A DNA stretch of 64,000 bases, from assembly GCA_029953675.1 (NCBI GenBank), contig JAMWBK010000004.1, positions 2,728,001-2,792,000 of the forward strand. The letters are read 5' to 3'. The notes below the pieces were generated by a model. The model was not told the origin of the DNA. It searched no databases and saw nothing but the letters and a program-made list of their open reading frames with translations. The stretch is from Rhodosorus marinus CCMP1338. Lineage: Eukaryota; Plantae; Rhodophyta. The first letter of the stretch is position 1. Each line of letters opens with the position of its first letter. Shown in pieces: positions 62,920 through 64,000 of the stretch. Both the position numbers and the translations under genes were made by a program.

Positions 62920-63801
62920 TCACTTGCTCGCGTCCGCAAGGAGAAGATCGAGATCGGGAACCGCAACAAAACGGTTCTCCAGGTCTGCGAGATGTACAAG
63001 CTTTCCTTGACTCTCCCGAATTTGGATCAAGTGCTCTGCAAAGCTGCACTCGGCCCCTGGTGTGACATTCATTTCCACGTCGTCCCCGAAAACCAGCTTC
63101 ACCTTTCCCGATTTGTACAAACGCAGCTTCCCAACTAGCAAGGTCTCACCAGTTACAGTCCTCAAGTCCGAAGGGAGGTTCTTGGTTTTCTCTTCACCAT
63201 CGAAGCAGTCTAGAGCCTGCACTGTTTGTGTTGGAAGCTGGATTGGCAAGATACTGGGGAGTTGAATAATAGAAACCCGATTTTCATCCAGAAGCTTTGA
63301 GGCAACTGGTCCGTGTGCTGGTTCCTCCTTCTCAAGCACTCCATTAAATGCATGTGGGTTCGGAAGAGGTACGGGGAACAAGCTTGGGTCGCCCTTCCCG
63401 ATCTTTTCACCTCCATGGATTATGCTCGCATCGGCCATCTCATCGTCGGATTCGAATTCGTTCCCGGAGGCCCATGGCGTTTTCTTTTCGAGGCGCGGCT
63501 CCGCCTTGAAAGCGTTTCTTTCGTTAAAAACGTTCTCATCCTTCCCATCGTGGCGTCCCTGTGTTCTCGTCTTGTCAAGGTGCTTTTCATCCTCGGCCCC
63601 AACCGAGCTTCGTCGTGTTGACGGTTTAGAGCTTCCAAAACCCCGATTAGACCCTTGACCTCGAGTCGCCGACTCACCAGACTTGCCTTCCTTAGGCCTC
63701 GCTCCGGCCTGAGGGACAAGCTGTGGGATTCGCGTTCGCCGCCCTCGTCTGCTACCAGCAGCAGATACATTCGGCTTGAACTTTGGCCTGTCTTCAGGCA
63801 T
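62920..63801 (-). CDS. RPC4: RNA polymerase III subunit RPC4 (C53/POLR3D)
   Basis: N-terminal KFKPNV; IIQLPSILP; VGKLRLYKSGKVKLVFG; F.EHLI; RFVAVPDLDLL. Single exon. Confidence 0.92.
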   Translation of the reverse strand: MPEDRPKFKPNVSAAGSRRGRRTRIPQLVPQAGARPKEGKSGESATRGQGSNRGFGSSKPSTRRSSVGAEDEKHLDKTRTQGRHDGKDENVFNERNAFKAEPRLEKKTPWASGNEFESDDEMADASIIHGGEKIGKGDPSLFPVPLPNPHAFNGVLEKEEPAHGPVASKLLDENRVSIIQLPSILPIQLPTQTVQALDCFDGEEKTKNLPSDLRTVTGETLLVGKLRLYKSGKVKLVFGDDVEMNVTPGAECSFAEHLIQIRESQGKLVHLADLENRFVAVPDLDLLLADASK

Positions 63802-64000
63802 ACTTCAGATAATTCCTTAGCAAACGTCACTACATCTAAGCCACCCTTCCACGCAATGAGTTCTCAACTTTCGAGCCCGTGTTCGTTCTGATATATATAC
63901 GGTTGCATCCACCGGGACATTGTTAATCAGCGGCTGCATCGAGCGTTTGCTCTCCAGATGGGTTACTGTTCCCGCTGCTAAAAAGAAAGGAAGTGGGTGG

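Overview
Compact eukaryotic nuclear DNA, not prokaryotic. Genes are broken by short GT-AG introns (mostly about 45-150 nt), and the supplied ORF track shows only exon fragments. Several proteins start with red-algal-type plastid transit peptides carrying a Phe near the N-terminus (MGFV.., MTNLGF.., MLLFV.., MDCVGF..). The source is therefore most likely a unicellular red alga (inference). I assembled about 17 well-supported genes by manual splicing: plastid RNase II/RNB, GRAB-domain golgin, TPK K+ channel, NAT10, ABC1/ADCK kinase, plastid FabF, RanBP1, RPA3, a triple-CBM48 protein, an LCM-family methyltransferase, an AKR-fold protein, a DUF726 protein, a SufE-MnmA fusion, plastid CDP-DAG synthase, a PsaN-like lumen protein, SAC3/GANP, a C2H2 protein and RPC4. 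There are also a few small orphan candidates, decayed retroelements and local duplications. The standout is a plastid-targeted SufE-MnmA fusion at 42926-45039. It joins a cysteine-desulfurase sulfur acceptor and a tRNA U34 2-thiouridylase in one exon-continuous reading frame, implying a one-protein sulfur relay for plastid tRNA thiolation. Other notable items are two neighbouring predicted pseudoenzymes and a gene disrupted by a fragment of its neighbour flanked by an 11-bp direct repeat. There is also a perfect 19-bp hairpin and a ~1.2-kb inverted-repeat structure abutting the SAC3 start. No tRNA, rRNA or CRISPR features could be supported. All splice models and motif alignments are manual and need computational confirmation.
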